Part shown: in pieces, positions 1 to 8,264 of the stretch | Position numbering within the stretch: position 1 is the stretch's first letter | Layout of the letters: the number at the start of each line of letters is the position of its first letter | IMG/VR virus record: IMGVR_UViG_3300027985_000843 | Location: 62,001-126,000 of that record | Reading direction: 5' to 3' (one strand) | Length of the DNA: 64,000 nt | Notes under the pieces: model-generated | What the model saw: only the letters and a program-made list of their open reading frames with translations | Database searches by the model: none | Told to the model about the DNA's origin: nothing | Translations under genes and position numbers: made by a program

Positions 1-2
1 GC

Positions 3-911
3 GGATTCGAGGCAGCCTTCACCCTCGTTCTAGATGACACCCGCACACTGCCTGCTGGCGAGAAGCCCGACTTCGAAGCCTACCGCCGCAAGTGCAATGC
101 CTCCCTTAAGGACGGATCGATCACCGTAGGGCAGGAATACATGTGGGAAAAGGAAGAGGCGAGGAAGGAAAACGACAAGATGGCTGGCCGAGGTTATCGT
201 GACCGGAGCATCGGCTACCACCGGTACCGCCCCTACGGCAACCCCGGGCCGGGCCTCGTTGCCCGCGTTGCCAAGCACACTCGGTCAGGCAAGTGCACCT
301 ACGCTTGGATGAAGGAGAAGAGTACCAGGGAGGGCACGATTCGTTGCACCTTCACGTGCAGCCAGAAGCATGTGCTCAACGTCGAAGCCTACAAGCCGGG
401 GGACTACCACATCTTCTTCGACGATCCCCGCACACGGCAGGAATACCTCCAGTGGGCCCCTTTGCTTCTGACCGCAGAGGACTATCACGCGGAACTCCTG
501 AAGGTGAAGGACGTCCCCGATCCCCAACCAAAGAAGCAAAGTTCCTGGGAGGGCAAGGAACGCTACCGCTACCGGAAGCTTCACAAGGAACTCAGCGGTA
601 AGGTGGTGCAGCTTGTAAACGACATCGAGATGAAGAACGGCCGCGTTTACAAGGCCGGAACCGTTTGGCGGGTCAGGGAGGGTGGGAGCGGGCGAGACTT
701 CAGCCTCTCAGGCATCGATACAGACGGCGAGCATCTCGCACGTTGGATCAACGGTGCCCAGGTGTACGACTTCAAGGTCGTCGACGATCTACAGAAAGCC
801 CTCGGAGAGATTCCGGAGTGCCAAGTAGAGGATCCCCCCGAAGGGGAGGAGACTGAGGAAAAGGTATACGATGACGATGAGGAGGACGACATTGGTCTTC
901 ACCTGCCGTAG
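3..911 (+). CDS. Hypothetical protein, 5'-truncated at window edge, acidic C-terminal tail
   Basis: The frame of ORF 141..911 is open back to position 3 (GFEAAFTLVLDD...). Protein-like composition; one of only two convincing plus-strand genes. Confidence 0.75.
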   Translation, partial: GFEAAFTLVLDDTRTLPAGEKPDFEAYRRKCNASLKDGSITVGQEYMWEKEEARKENDKMAGRGYRDRSIGYHRYRPYGNPGPGLVARVAKHTRSGKCTYAWMKEKSTREGTIRCTFTCSQKHVLNVEAYKPGDYHIFFDDPRTRQEYLQWAPLLLTAEDYHAELLKVKDVPDPQPKKQSSWEGKERYRYRKLHKELSGKVVQLVNDIEMKNGRVYKAGTVWRVREGGSGRDFSLSGIDTDGEHLARWINGAQVYDFKVVDDLQKALGEIPECQVEDPPEGEETEEKVYDDDEEDDIGLHLP

Positions 912-1013
912 GGGCAGGGGGTAGCCGTGGCACTGAACCCACATGACCGCTAGGTCCCGCCGGTACTGTTCAAGGCTTACTCCTTCGGGTCTTCGTGGTG
1001 GCCTAAATCCCAT
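789..1013 (-). CDS. Possible small protein (74 aa)
   Basis: ATG lies 12 nt downstream of a CGGTGTATGAT motif, but the ORF overlaps the 3' end of the convergent plus-strand gene by 123 nt. Confidence 0.35.
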   Translation of the reverse strand: MGFRPPRRPEGVSLEQYRRDLAVMWVQCHGYPLPLRQVKTNVVLLIVIVYLFLSLLPFGGILYLALRNLSEGFL

Positions 1014-1360
1014 GACTCGACATCATACACCGAACCGCCCTCCCGCACGCCCAGCTCTTCCTCACTGAGGTATTCGGGGTGCCACCCGGCATGCACCTCT
1101 TGGTGGCAGTTGGAGCACAGCAGCACGCACTTGCTCAGCTCGGGCTCGATGGCCTGCCACGACAGCCGAGAGCTGATTTCGAAGTCCTTCTCCCGTGGGT
1201 CCATGTGATGGAACACCATGGCTGCCGGGCACTTGTCGTAGCCGCAGATACGGCACTTGCCACCGAGGTGAGCGATGGCCCTGTCTTTGACCTCTCGACG
1301 CCGCTGGGCTGCCTCGAAGTTTCGCTGCCAGCGGGCGTCAAGTTTCTCTGCGATCGTCAC
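977..1360 (-). CDS. HNH endonuclease (zinc-binding, phage type)
   Basis: CRICG...FHHMDP...KCVLLCSNCHQEVH pattern (CxxC, HH, N-CxxCH). Confidence 0.85.
   Translation of the reverse strand: MTIAEKLDARWQRNFEAAQRRREVKDRAIAHLGGKCRICGYDKCPAAMVFHHMDPREKDFEISSRLSWQAIEPELSKCVLLCSNCHQEVHAGWHPEYLSEEELGVREGGSVYDVESWDLGHHEDPKE
1026..1031 (-). promoter_or_regulatory. Class A motif (CGGTG-TATGAT)
   Basis: 12 nt upstream of ATG 1013. Confidence 0.45.
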
Positions 1361-1362
1361 TG

Positions 1363-1767
1363 CTAGCGAGCTGCCTTGTCGATTCGCTCTTCGGCTCCCT
1401 TGCTAGGAGCTTGCGGCATTGTCGTGCGGAGACGCTCGCCTGCCCACTTGGCTAGGAGCTGGAAGTCCGTGTAACCATCGAGACCATGCTTATCAGCAGC
1501 CCGACCGAGCCAGTAGTCTGCCGGCTTCTCCCGGTCGTCGCCCATCATCTTGATAGCTTCCGATCGAATCTTCTGGAACAGCTGCTTGTACTTCGCCTTG
1601 GGAAGTTGACCCCCGGCACCTGCAACCCGATCGGCGATGTCCCGCAGCTTACCTGCTAGGACGTCGCGGTCGGGCTTGCCGCCGGGGCCGTGGCCCTGGA
1701 TGAAGGCCATCAGGGAGCGGAGTTCCGCTTGCAGCTCCTGGGGAGACGCGATCTTCTGCATAGCCAT
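1363..1767 (-). CDS. Hypothetical protein, candidate virion-associated; start reassigned to ATG 1767
   Basis: ORF 1363..1815; the upstream in-frame part overlaps the divergent promoter region. Contains helical ...LRDIADRVAG. Confidence 0.75.
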   Translation of the reverse strand: MAMQKIASPQELQAELRSLMAFIQGHGPGGKPDRDVLAGKLRDIADRVAGAGGQLPKAKYKQLFQKIRSEAIKMMGDDREKPADYWLGRAADKHGLDGYTDFQLLAKWAGERLRTTMPQAPSKGAEERIDKAAR

Positions 1768-1774
1768 GGTACGG

Positions 1775-1787
1775 CATAGGAAGATCC
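1775..1787 (-). promoter_or_regulatory. Class B motif GGATCTTCCTATG
   Basis: 7 nt upstream of ATG 1767. Confidence 0.45.
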
Positions 1788-1789
1788 TC

Positions 1790-1795
1790 GGTGTA
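1790..1795 (+). promoter_or_regulatory. Class A motif (CGGTG-TATGAT)
   Basis: 10 nt upstream of ATG 1806. Confidence 0.7.
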
Positions 1796-1805
1796 TGATC
1801 TCCCC

Positions 1806-2030
1806 ATGGACCCAAACGAATGCCTTGCTCAGTTGCGGGAACTGGCCGCTAAGACGGTCGGCGAGCAACACCCCAACCTGGACGCTGAGGCCGCGTCAGC
1901 TTACCGCATGGCCGAACTGTTCGAAGGGCTCGACCAGTGGATCAAGCGGGGCGGTTTCCTCCCCGACGATTGGAAGCAGAAGCCCGACCAAGACGTGTCC
2001 CCGGACCTCCGGGAACTTCGCTCACACTAG
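1806..2030 (+). CDS. Small phage protein (MDPNECL...LDQWIKRGGFLPDDW type)
   Basis: ATG at 1806 is exactly 10 nt after GGTGTA. Resembles a small helical phage protein family from memory, not verified by search. Confidence 0.75.
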   Translation: MDPNECLAQLRELAAKTVGEQHPNLDAEAASAYRMAELFEGLDQWIKRGGFLPDDWKQKPDQDVSPDLRELRSH

Positions 2031-2031
2031 G

Positions 2032-3153
2032 TCACACGGTCGGCTCAAACCGAACCATGACCTCGGGTGGGATGGGCATACCCAGCACGTAGTGGGCGAA
2101 CGTCTCAGCGAAGTCCTCCCCCACGCCCGTCTTGGCGTACTGACTCACCGTGACGGTGTTGTTGTCCCCGATGAACACGTACTTCCGACCGGGCCGAACG
2201 AAGTTCCGTTCGAGCCACATCTCCCCTCGCTTGTATGCTGCGGTAGCATCCTTCTGCGACATCCCCGAGCCTGAGAAGGTATCCTTGAAGTATTCGATCA
2301 AGGGGACGTTCGGGTCCTTGAGGAACCCCACGGCCTTCGCAGGAGAGAAGTCCCCTCGAACAAGAGCCTGCCACATGTCCTGACGCGCCTCAAGAGTGAT
2401 ACCCTCTCCCTTGGAGTAGTTGTCCTCGTAGGCGTCTCTCTGGGGCCCTGAGAGCTTCTTGTGCCAGTAGCGGTGTCCAAGCTCGTGGACGAAGGTGTGG
2501 ACGTCGCTGAAGCGGAACCTAGCCTCCGCATTGAGCAAGACTATGTCGGGCGACTCCTTGTACATGCCCGCCCAGCTCTTCCGGCCCTTGTCCTCGGACC
2601 CACCGACGAGATAGACATCCCCGTACAGAATGCTACCGAAGCCCTTGGACTGTATCTTGCTCGAAGCGTCATCCAACAGCTTCATGGCCTCCGCATACTC
2701 TTCCGGGCGGTAGCCGAACTTGTTGATGATCTTGAACGGCCCGTGCTGGAAGTCCTTCTCGACCGTCCGATACGAGTCGAGGCGGTCCTGGACCCTCACG
2801 AGGGACTTGAGGGAATCCTCGATGCTTTCGAGCTGGATCGAAATCCAGGAAACAGCATCTTGTGTGGGGCCGCTCAGGTTCTTCTCAGCGAACGGATACT
2901 TGAGACGATGCAACCACTGAAGGACGCTCTTCATCTTCCGTTGCTCGTCCTTGCGCTCGAATCGAACACCATCGAGCATGGTCGCAAGAGGGCTCAGCTG
3001 CTCGCCCATCTTCCGGAACAGTTCGACGGCCCCCTCGGGGTCCTCTCGCAACTTCCGCTCGATCTGCGGGGCCATCTTCCGGAACAGCTGGACGTAGTCC
3101 TTGACCTTCGCGGCCAGGATGTATCGAGCTACGACCTTTCGGACGTCCGTCAT
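2032..3153 (-). CDS. Zincin-like metallopeptidase domain protein with N-terminal KVVARY motif
   Basis: HELGH (2473..2487) and downstream YAKT..GEDFAE (EDFAE at 2104..2118). ATG 3153 overlaps the upstream TGA (ATGA). Confidence 0.8.
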   Translation of the reverse strand: MTDVRKVVARYILAAKVKDYVQLFRKMAPQIERKLREDPEGAVELFRKMGEQLSPLATMLDGVRFERKDEQRKMKSVLQWLHRLKYPFAEKNLSGPTQDAVSWISIQLESIEDSLKSLVRVQDRLDSYRTVEKDFQHGPFKIINKFGYRPEEYAEAMKLLDDASSKIQSKGFGSILYGDVYLVGGSEDKGRKSWAGMYKESPDIVLLNAEARFRFSDVHTFVHELGHRYWHKKLSGPQRDAYEDNYSKGEGITLEARQDMWQALVRGDFSPAKAVGFLKDPNVPLIEYFKDTFSGSGMSQKDATAAYKRGEMWLERNFVRPGRKYVFIGDNNTVTVSQYAKTGVGEDFAETFAHYVLGMPIPPEVMVRFEPTV

Positions 3154-6100
3154 CGCTGGCCCCTGTTCGCCAAGTAGCGGGCGATGACGCGAGCCATCCG
3201 GATCTCTCCCGGGATGGTCACGTTGAGCCACTTGCGAATTTGGGGGAGGACCGTTCGAGGGCCGTAGGCGACCAGCATGCCGACAGCCTCACAGAACGCC
3301 TCCTCAGAGTTCTTGTTGGCGTACCCTGTGATGGGGTTGTTGGGGGTAGGCATTGTCGTGGTGCCCTCTTCCAACAGATCCTCGAAGTCTTGCTTCTTGG
3401 CAAGCTCTCGGTGGCGGCCGGCGTAGCCGGGCCACACAGCGTCGAGCTGGAGAGACAGAACGGGGTCCTTGTCCGCCAGGTACTCGGCGAACTCGTAGGA
3501 CCACATGTCCCCGGGCCACTTCGCGAGAAGCTCCCGGATGTCGAGGTCACCGTAATCCCCGTAGATGGCCTCCGACCAATAGTCCTTGGCTCCCCCGCCC
3601 AACAACTTCCACAGGTGGTGGCCCATCTCATGGGCCATCGTCTTGACGAGCTTGTCAGGGTTGCTGCTGACAGCTGCGGAGGCGTAGATCGTGATGGTCC
3701 CGTCGTGGTTGTATCGACCGCCTTCCCCGATCGTGGCTTCGAACTCGAAGATCATCGGGAGCTGATTCTTTGCCATCCACGGCATCCGCTCTGCGGACCT
3801 CTTGCGGAACAGCTTGAGGGCCTCCTTGAGCATCGCCATCTCTTCGGCGTTGTAGCGATCGTTCTGCTTGTAACCCCGGACTTCGATCCTGAAGCCCTCC
3901 AAGATGACTTGCTCTCGACCTGGAACCTCAGCCTGCAACGTCGCGGGCTCGTCGGGGTCCTTGTATCGGCGGTTGTTCGGGTCTTCATAGTAGTCGATGG
4001 CCTCCCGCACCGCTTTCCAGAACACCTGAGCCTTCCGCCTGATTCGCTTCTCCCACGCCTTGACATCCTGCTGGTACCGGCTGAATCGAACCGTCTCAGG
4101 CATGAAGTCCGTAGCCCTGTCGATGGGCAAGTCGGCTTCGATGTAGAAGTCCCATCCGGACTTGCGAAGCATGTAGTCGATGTTCTTGCGGACGTTTTCC
4201 TTGATCCGCTCATCGTACTTGAGCGACTTGTTCAAGAAGCGCTCGAACATCAGGTCGGCGAACCGCTTGCCCCACACATTGAAGGCTTCCTTGAGCCGGA
4301 TGGCCGTATCATAGTCCTTGACGCGAGGGACGTTCTTCATGAGGGTGAGGAAGTCAGCCCTCATCTTGTCGACCCATGGTTGATCGATCTGGACCAGCTC
4401 GGTTGCGTATCGAGCCACAACACGATTGACGAGGGAGGCCGCGAACGGAACCGGCTCGTAGTCCTCATCGGGGGTTACTTTGCAAGTCGGGCACGCCTGG
4501 CACACGTCGTCAGCCCGCTCTTTGAGCTGCTTGAGTCTACGCTTCTCCTTGGTCGCCCGTTCCTGTTCCTTGTACCAAGCATCCTCGTACTTGTCTTGGC
4601 CGGTCTCACACTTGCGCTCCAACCGTATTTGCTTCTGACGCTCACGCTCCATTTGGGCGATCTCTCGATCGGCGTTTTCCTGGAGCCACGCGTCATTCTC
4701 GTAGGGATGCTCCTCGATGTACTCCATGAACTGCTCGGCCCGTTCATCGGGGGTGCCTTTGAACTGGTTTTTGAGCTTGTTCCACAGGCCGTGATACTCG
4801 GACGGAATATTGTACTGTGCCCGCTCGTCTCGTTCCCTCCGACGTTCCCAGCCCCTCTGTTGTGGCGACAGCGCAATCCGGTCGGCCGACTTGTCCAGCC
4901 GATGCATGACCGTGCCGTCTTTCATGTACGTGTCTTCGAGGCCCGGGACAAGGTACTGACTCCGAAGCGTGGAAGCCTCGTGCCCGACAGCGGCAGCCGT
5001 TTCCTCCAGGGCCTTCTTGAACTCCTCCTTGAGGACGGCCTGCCGTTCCTTCGCGTCCGTGGGGAGCTTGCCCTTGCGGACAGCCTTGAGGCGCCGCTTC
5101 ATTTCCTCGTTGGCGTGCAGTCCCCGGATGTCTTTCGCCGTGATGTCGAACTTCTGAAGGTACGCATTGATCTTGGTCGCGTCGATCTTGCCTGTGTCAT
5201 GGCAGAACAGGCAGTCTTCGCCTTCCACGGCCTCGTAGGCATCCCGCAACGCCTTGACCAACGCTGCGCTGCTGACCGTTTTCTTCTGCTTGACGCCGGA
5301 CTTGCCAACGTAGGTGACCGTCGCCTTGCCTCGACCGAAGCTGACGTGATTCTTTTGCCAGCCGGTGACCCCGAAGTGACCATCCTTCGCTGAAGTGTCG
5401 TTGCCAACCCGCTCATACGTCTCGTCGATCAGCCCCACGGCCAGTGCCGTGAGGAACTTGTTCGGGTCGGAGGACTTGAGGTCCTTCGCCACCTGGGCCC
5501 GCAAGCCGTCGATGCTCTTGCGGAGCTTCTCGACGCGCTTCGCCTTCTCTCGGTTGCGGTGTTGGACCTGCCCTTCACTGTACTCGTAGACGGTCGTGGT
5601 TCCCTCACCGTCCTGCTTCGGAACCTGCTTCTTGTTCTTGTATCGAGCCGCCGTCCGCTTCTCCCGCTCGACCGGCTTGCCGTCGATGAGAATCTCGTGC
5701 GTCCGGTCAGCCCCATCGCCATCGACACCCGCGATGGCTTCACCGTCGACGTCGATGGAGGTCGAGTGGCCCACATCCCCAAGATACTTGATCTCGGCAA
5801 GCACCTTCTCGATGGCCTTGAGAGTGTCGCCCTCCACATCCACCTCGATAGTGTGGCGAGCCGCTTCCAGGTACCGGGCCACCACGCGTGTGGGGCCGTC
5901 TCCCCCGGGCCCATTCTCCCCGCACTCCCCCGTCTCGGGGCAGCGGTAGGCATCCCGGCCGTCGTCATAGATGGGCTCAGAGGGGCACTCAAGCAGGTCA
6001 GGGCCCGTTTGGCTAGGCAGGTCCCACAGGTGAGCCGCGACGACCCTGGTGGCCCCTCCTAGGGCCTCCAGGGCCGAGGTCACGCCGGGGATGACATCCA

Positions 6101-6425
6101 TGGCCGAGACCTCGCGAATGGGGACCCACTGATACTCGGACGATTCGTAGTTGAGCGTGGGCTCACCCTCCGAGTCGAACGTGTGGAAGTAGGTGACCGT
6201 CGCCGTGGGCATGTTGAGCGTGATGACCTTGGTCAGGTAGTTGACTGCGAGCCCCGCCTCTTCTTGCGTCTCCCGGATGGCCGCCTCCACCACGGCCTCG
6301 TCATCTTCGACACCACCCGTCGGGAAGTTCCACTTGCCGGGCATCCACGGAGCCGTAGGGCCTCGCTTGAGCAGCAGGACAGAGTCGCCTCGTTGAATGA
6401 TGGTGGCTGCAACGGTCTTGGTCAT
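3150..6425 (-). CDS. Multidomain fusion (1091 aa): Nudix hydrolase + unknown domain + DNA topoisomerase IB core + coiled coil + zincin metallopeptidase
   Basis: Nudix box GGVEDDEAVVEAAIRETQEEAGL; Topo IB motifs ERVGN, GKSG, AKDIR, VGH, SQYL; HEMGH (3618..3632) and YANKNSEEAFCE. ATG 6425 in ATGA overlap. Confidence 0.85.
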   Translation of the reverse strand: MTKTVAATIIQRGDSVLLLKRGPTAPWMPGKWNFPTGGVEDDEAVVEAAIRETQEEAGLAVNYLTKVITLNMPTATVTYFHTFDSEGEPTLNYESSEYQWVPIREVSAMDVIPGVTSALEALGGATRVVAAHLWDLPSQTGPDLLECPSEPIYDDGRDAYRCPETGECGENGPGGDGPTRVVARYLEAARHTIEVDVEGDTLKAIEKVLAEIKYLGDVGHSTSIDVDGEAIAGVDGDGADRTHEILIDGKPVEREKRTAARYKNKKQVPKQDGEGTTTVYEYSEGQVQHRNREKAKRVEKLRKSIDGLRAQVAKDLKSSDPNKFLTALAVGLIDETYERVGNDTSAKDGHFGVTGWQKNHVSFGRGKATVTYVGKSGVKQKKTVSSAALVKALRDAYEAVEGEDCLFCHDTGKIDATKINAYLQKFDITAKDIRGLHANEEMKRRLKAVRKGKLPTDAKERQAVLKEEFKKALEETAAAVGHEASTLRSQYLVPGLEDTYMKDGTVMHRLDKSADRIALSPQQRGWERRRERDERAQYNIPSEYHGLWNKLKNQFKGTPDERAEQFMEYIEEHPYENDAWLQENADREIAQMERERQKQIRLERKCETGQDKYEDAWYKEQERATKEKRRLKQLKERADDVCQACPTCKVTPDEDYEPVPFAASLVNRVVARYATELVQIDQPWVDKMRADFLTLMKNVPRVKDYDTAIRLKEAFNVWGKRFADLMFERFLNKSLKYDERIKENVRKNIDYMLRKSGWDFYIEADLPIDRATDFMPETVRFSRYQQDVKAWEKRIRRKAQVFWKAVREAIDYYEDPNNRRYKDPDEPATLQAEVPGREQVILEGFRIEVRGYKQNDRYNAEEMAMLKEALKLFRKRSAERMPWMAKNQLPMIFEFEATIGEGGRYNHDGTITIYASAAVSSNPDKLVKTMAHEMGHHLWKLLGGGAKDYWSEAIYGDYGDLDIRELLAKWPGDMWSYEFAEYLADKDPVLSLQLDAVWPGYAGRHRELAKKQDFEDLLEEGTTTMPTPNNPITGYANKNSEEAFCEAVGMLVAYGPRTVLPQIRKWLNVTIPGEIRMARVIARYLANRGQR

Positions 6426-7786
6426 TGTGCTTTTCCGTGAAGGTAGCGGTGCACCACCTGGAAGGCCAGCTTGGAGACAGGCTTGCCGCCAAATCCCGAG
6501 AGCCACAAGGTGCGACGCATCCGGTACAGAGCGTTGGGCGGCAACTTCTCTGGTGAAACCATGAACAAGACGAAGGTGTCGGCGAAGTCCTCTTTCTCGT
6601 CCGTGGTTCCATATTCGGTCGGAATCTGCAATTGCTCGTAGAGAGCCTTCAGAGCTTCCCCTACCTCAGGGTTCTCCCGCCGAAGAAGGTTGACCGTGTC
6701 GGGGGCGATGCGGAGTCCTGAGGAGTACCCCAGGCCCAAGATCTTCTTCTTGTGAGCAACCACCCTCTCCACTGTGCGATCGAAGTCAGGATCGTCTGGG
6801 GAATAGCCGTAGTTCGTTTTTACATAGAGCTGTGGATTCCGGATGACGTCGAAGAGTTGCTGCCCTCGCTTGGTGAGCCGAAATTGATTCGCCGCGATGA
6901 GCGGGTCACCCATCCCAGGGTCTCGAAGCCAGTAGGCAAATTTGACTTTGTCGAGCCCCTTGAGGCGGCGGGCCGTCTTGGCGGGGTTGAAGTCGTCTTT
7001 TTCGAGCAACGCGTAGTAGCGTTCCAGTTCGTTGGGCTTGATCTGATCCAACAAGCTTCGTGTGTCGTGGATGGGGTCCCAAGCACCGTCCCAGAACTCT
7101 CGGGCTTCTCCCTTGATGTAGGTCATGTGCACGAAGTGACCGAACTCGTGCATGAACGACCCCATAATCCACGATCCTGTTCCGAGCATCCGGTGGGGAC
7201 CGTCCTCGGTGAACATGGTCTTGCCCAACACGATGGTTTGCGCGTGCGAAACGTAAAGAGCGCCAGCATCATCCGTGTCCTGAAGGACAACTTTCTTGAC
7301 TCCTTCCTGGAGGAGTTCCGGCACACCGCGCTTCTTGAAGGTAGCCCGCAGAAAGTCGATCGCATCAAACAGCTTTTGCAGCCGCTTGGGCCCAAGACGG
7401 AACTGATCCGTGACTGGAAAGCCCTTGTACTGGAACTGGGCCGGCCCGATCTGGCCCAAGAACTGTTGGAGGGTCTGCTCGAACCGGTCGAGTTGGCCCA
7501 ACAGCTCCTGGTAGTCCTCCGGTTTTTGGTTGTCTGACAACGCCAAGAGAACGGGGCCTCTCGGCCGCATCGCGTCCAGAGTGGCCTCAGCGTCTCCACC
7601 GAAAGCCAGCAAAACCCAGTCAATGAAGCCCTTTTGCGTTGTGAGCATCAGGGCGTTGGGGGCGAACGTGTAGCGATCGAACACGTCCTTAGCCTGAGGA
7701 GTACCGAGGCGCACGGCCCGCACTTCTTGGGCAGCCCTCTGGAATGCTTCCAGATCCTTCTTGGCCTCTTCCCACTCTCGGGTCAT
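6422..7786 (-). CDS. Zincin-like metallopeptidase domain protein with C-terminal QVVHRYL motif
   Basis: GALY..., HEFGH (7136..7150), YGTTDEKEDFADTF. Confidence 0.8.
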   Translation of the reverse strand: MTREWEEAKKDLEAFQRAAQEVRAVRLGTPQAKDVFDRYTFAPNALMLTTQKGFIDWVLLAFGGDAEATLDAMRPRGPVLLALSDNQKPEDYQELLGQLDRFEQTLQQFLGQIGPAQFQYKGFPVTDQFRLGPKRLQKLFDAIDFLRATFKKRGVPELLQEGVKKVVLQDTDDAGALYVSHAQTIVLGKTMFTEDGPHRMLGTGSWIMGSFMHEFGHFVHMTYIKGEAREFWDGAWDPIHDTRSLLDQIKPNELERYYALLEKDDFNPAKTARRLKGLDKVKFAYWLRDPGMGDPLIAANQFRLTKRGQQLFDVIRNPQLYVKTNYGYSPDDPDFDRTVERVVAHKKKILGLGYSSGLRIAPDTVNLLRRENPEVGEALKALYEQLQIPTEYGTTDEKEDFADTFVLFMVSPEKLPPNALYRMRRTLWLSGFGGKPVSKLAFQVVHRYLHGKAQ

Positions 7787-8205
7787 CGTGCCGCCGCTCC
7801 TGCCACTTGGGCGAGGTTCTTGCCCATCGCCACGCGGGCCTTCTCTTTGGCGTACTGCTCCTGGCGGGCAGTTGCCTTGATCCGCAAGGTCTGTAAGTCC
7901 TTGCCCCGTTGGGTACCGAAAGGCGTGACGCTAATACCACGGTACGGCTTCTTTTCCTCCTGGAACGCGTCGTAGTCTCGCTGGTACCGCGCACTCAGCT
8001 CCTCAGCCTCTTGGCGGAGAGACTCCAAGCTCTTTGGGTCCGTTCCCGTACCCCAGCACTGAACACACAGGTGTTTGACTTGAGCCGTCTTCTCCACGTG
8101 GACACCCTCTCCCCCACAATGCTTGCAAGGGTCCAGCCGCACAGGAGGAACATTGAGCATTCGGGCCGCGTACCGGGCCACTACTCGGAAGAGAAGGTCA
8201 TGCAT
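7783..8205 (-). CDS. DnaJ-type zinc-finger plus coiled-coil protein with N-terminal RVVARY motif
   Basis: CKHCGGEG and CVQCWGTG (CxxCxGxG). ATG 8205 preceded by GGGAAGGTG. Confidence 0.7.
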   Translation of the reverse strand: MHDLLFRVVARYAARMLNVPPVRLDPCKHCGGEGVHVEKTAQVKHLCVQCWGTGTDPKSLESLRQEAEELSARYQRDYDAFQEEKKPYRGISVTPFGTQRGKDLQTLRIKATARQEQYAKEKARVAMGKNLAQVAGAAAR

Positions 8206-8219
8206 CACCTTCCCTGACG

Positions 8220-8232
8220 CACAGGAGAATTA
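8220..8232 (-). promoter_or_regulatory. Class B motif TAATTCTCCTGTG
   Basis: In the intergenic gap heading the 2032..8205 operon. Confidence 0.45.
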
Positions 8233-8264
8233 TCGCCAAGCACAGAGCTATGTACGGCGGGCTC

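Noticed and set aside
225-270. VARVAKH in the first plus-strand ORF as a tag copy
   Set aside because: It is internal, lacks the aromatic residue after Arg and is not at an evident domain boundary.
3153-3231. 5' extensions given by the ORF track (e.g. 3231, 6506, 16513, 17444, 19929, 34591, 35924, 44886, 51385, 60830)
   Set aside because: They overlap upstream genes. Internal ATGs in ATGA/TGATG overlaps or behind SD or class A motifs fit better.
3240-5393. 717-aa plus-strand ORF, and similar long antisense ORFs (28970..30517, 31864..33216, 34983..36206, 62278..63732)
   Set aside because: They lie exactly opposite genes with clear catalytic motifs. They are shadow ORFs produced by high third-position GC, with no SD or recognisable motifs.
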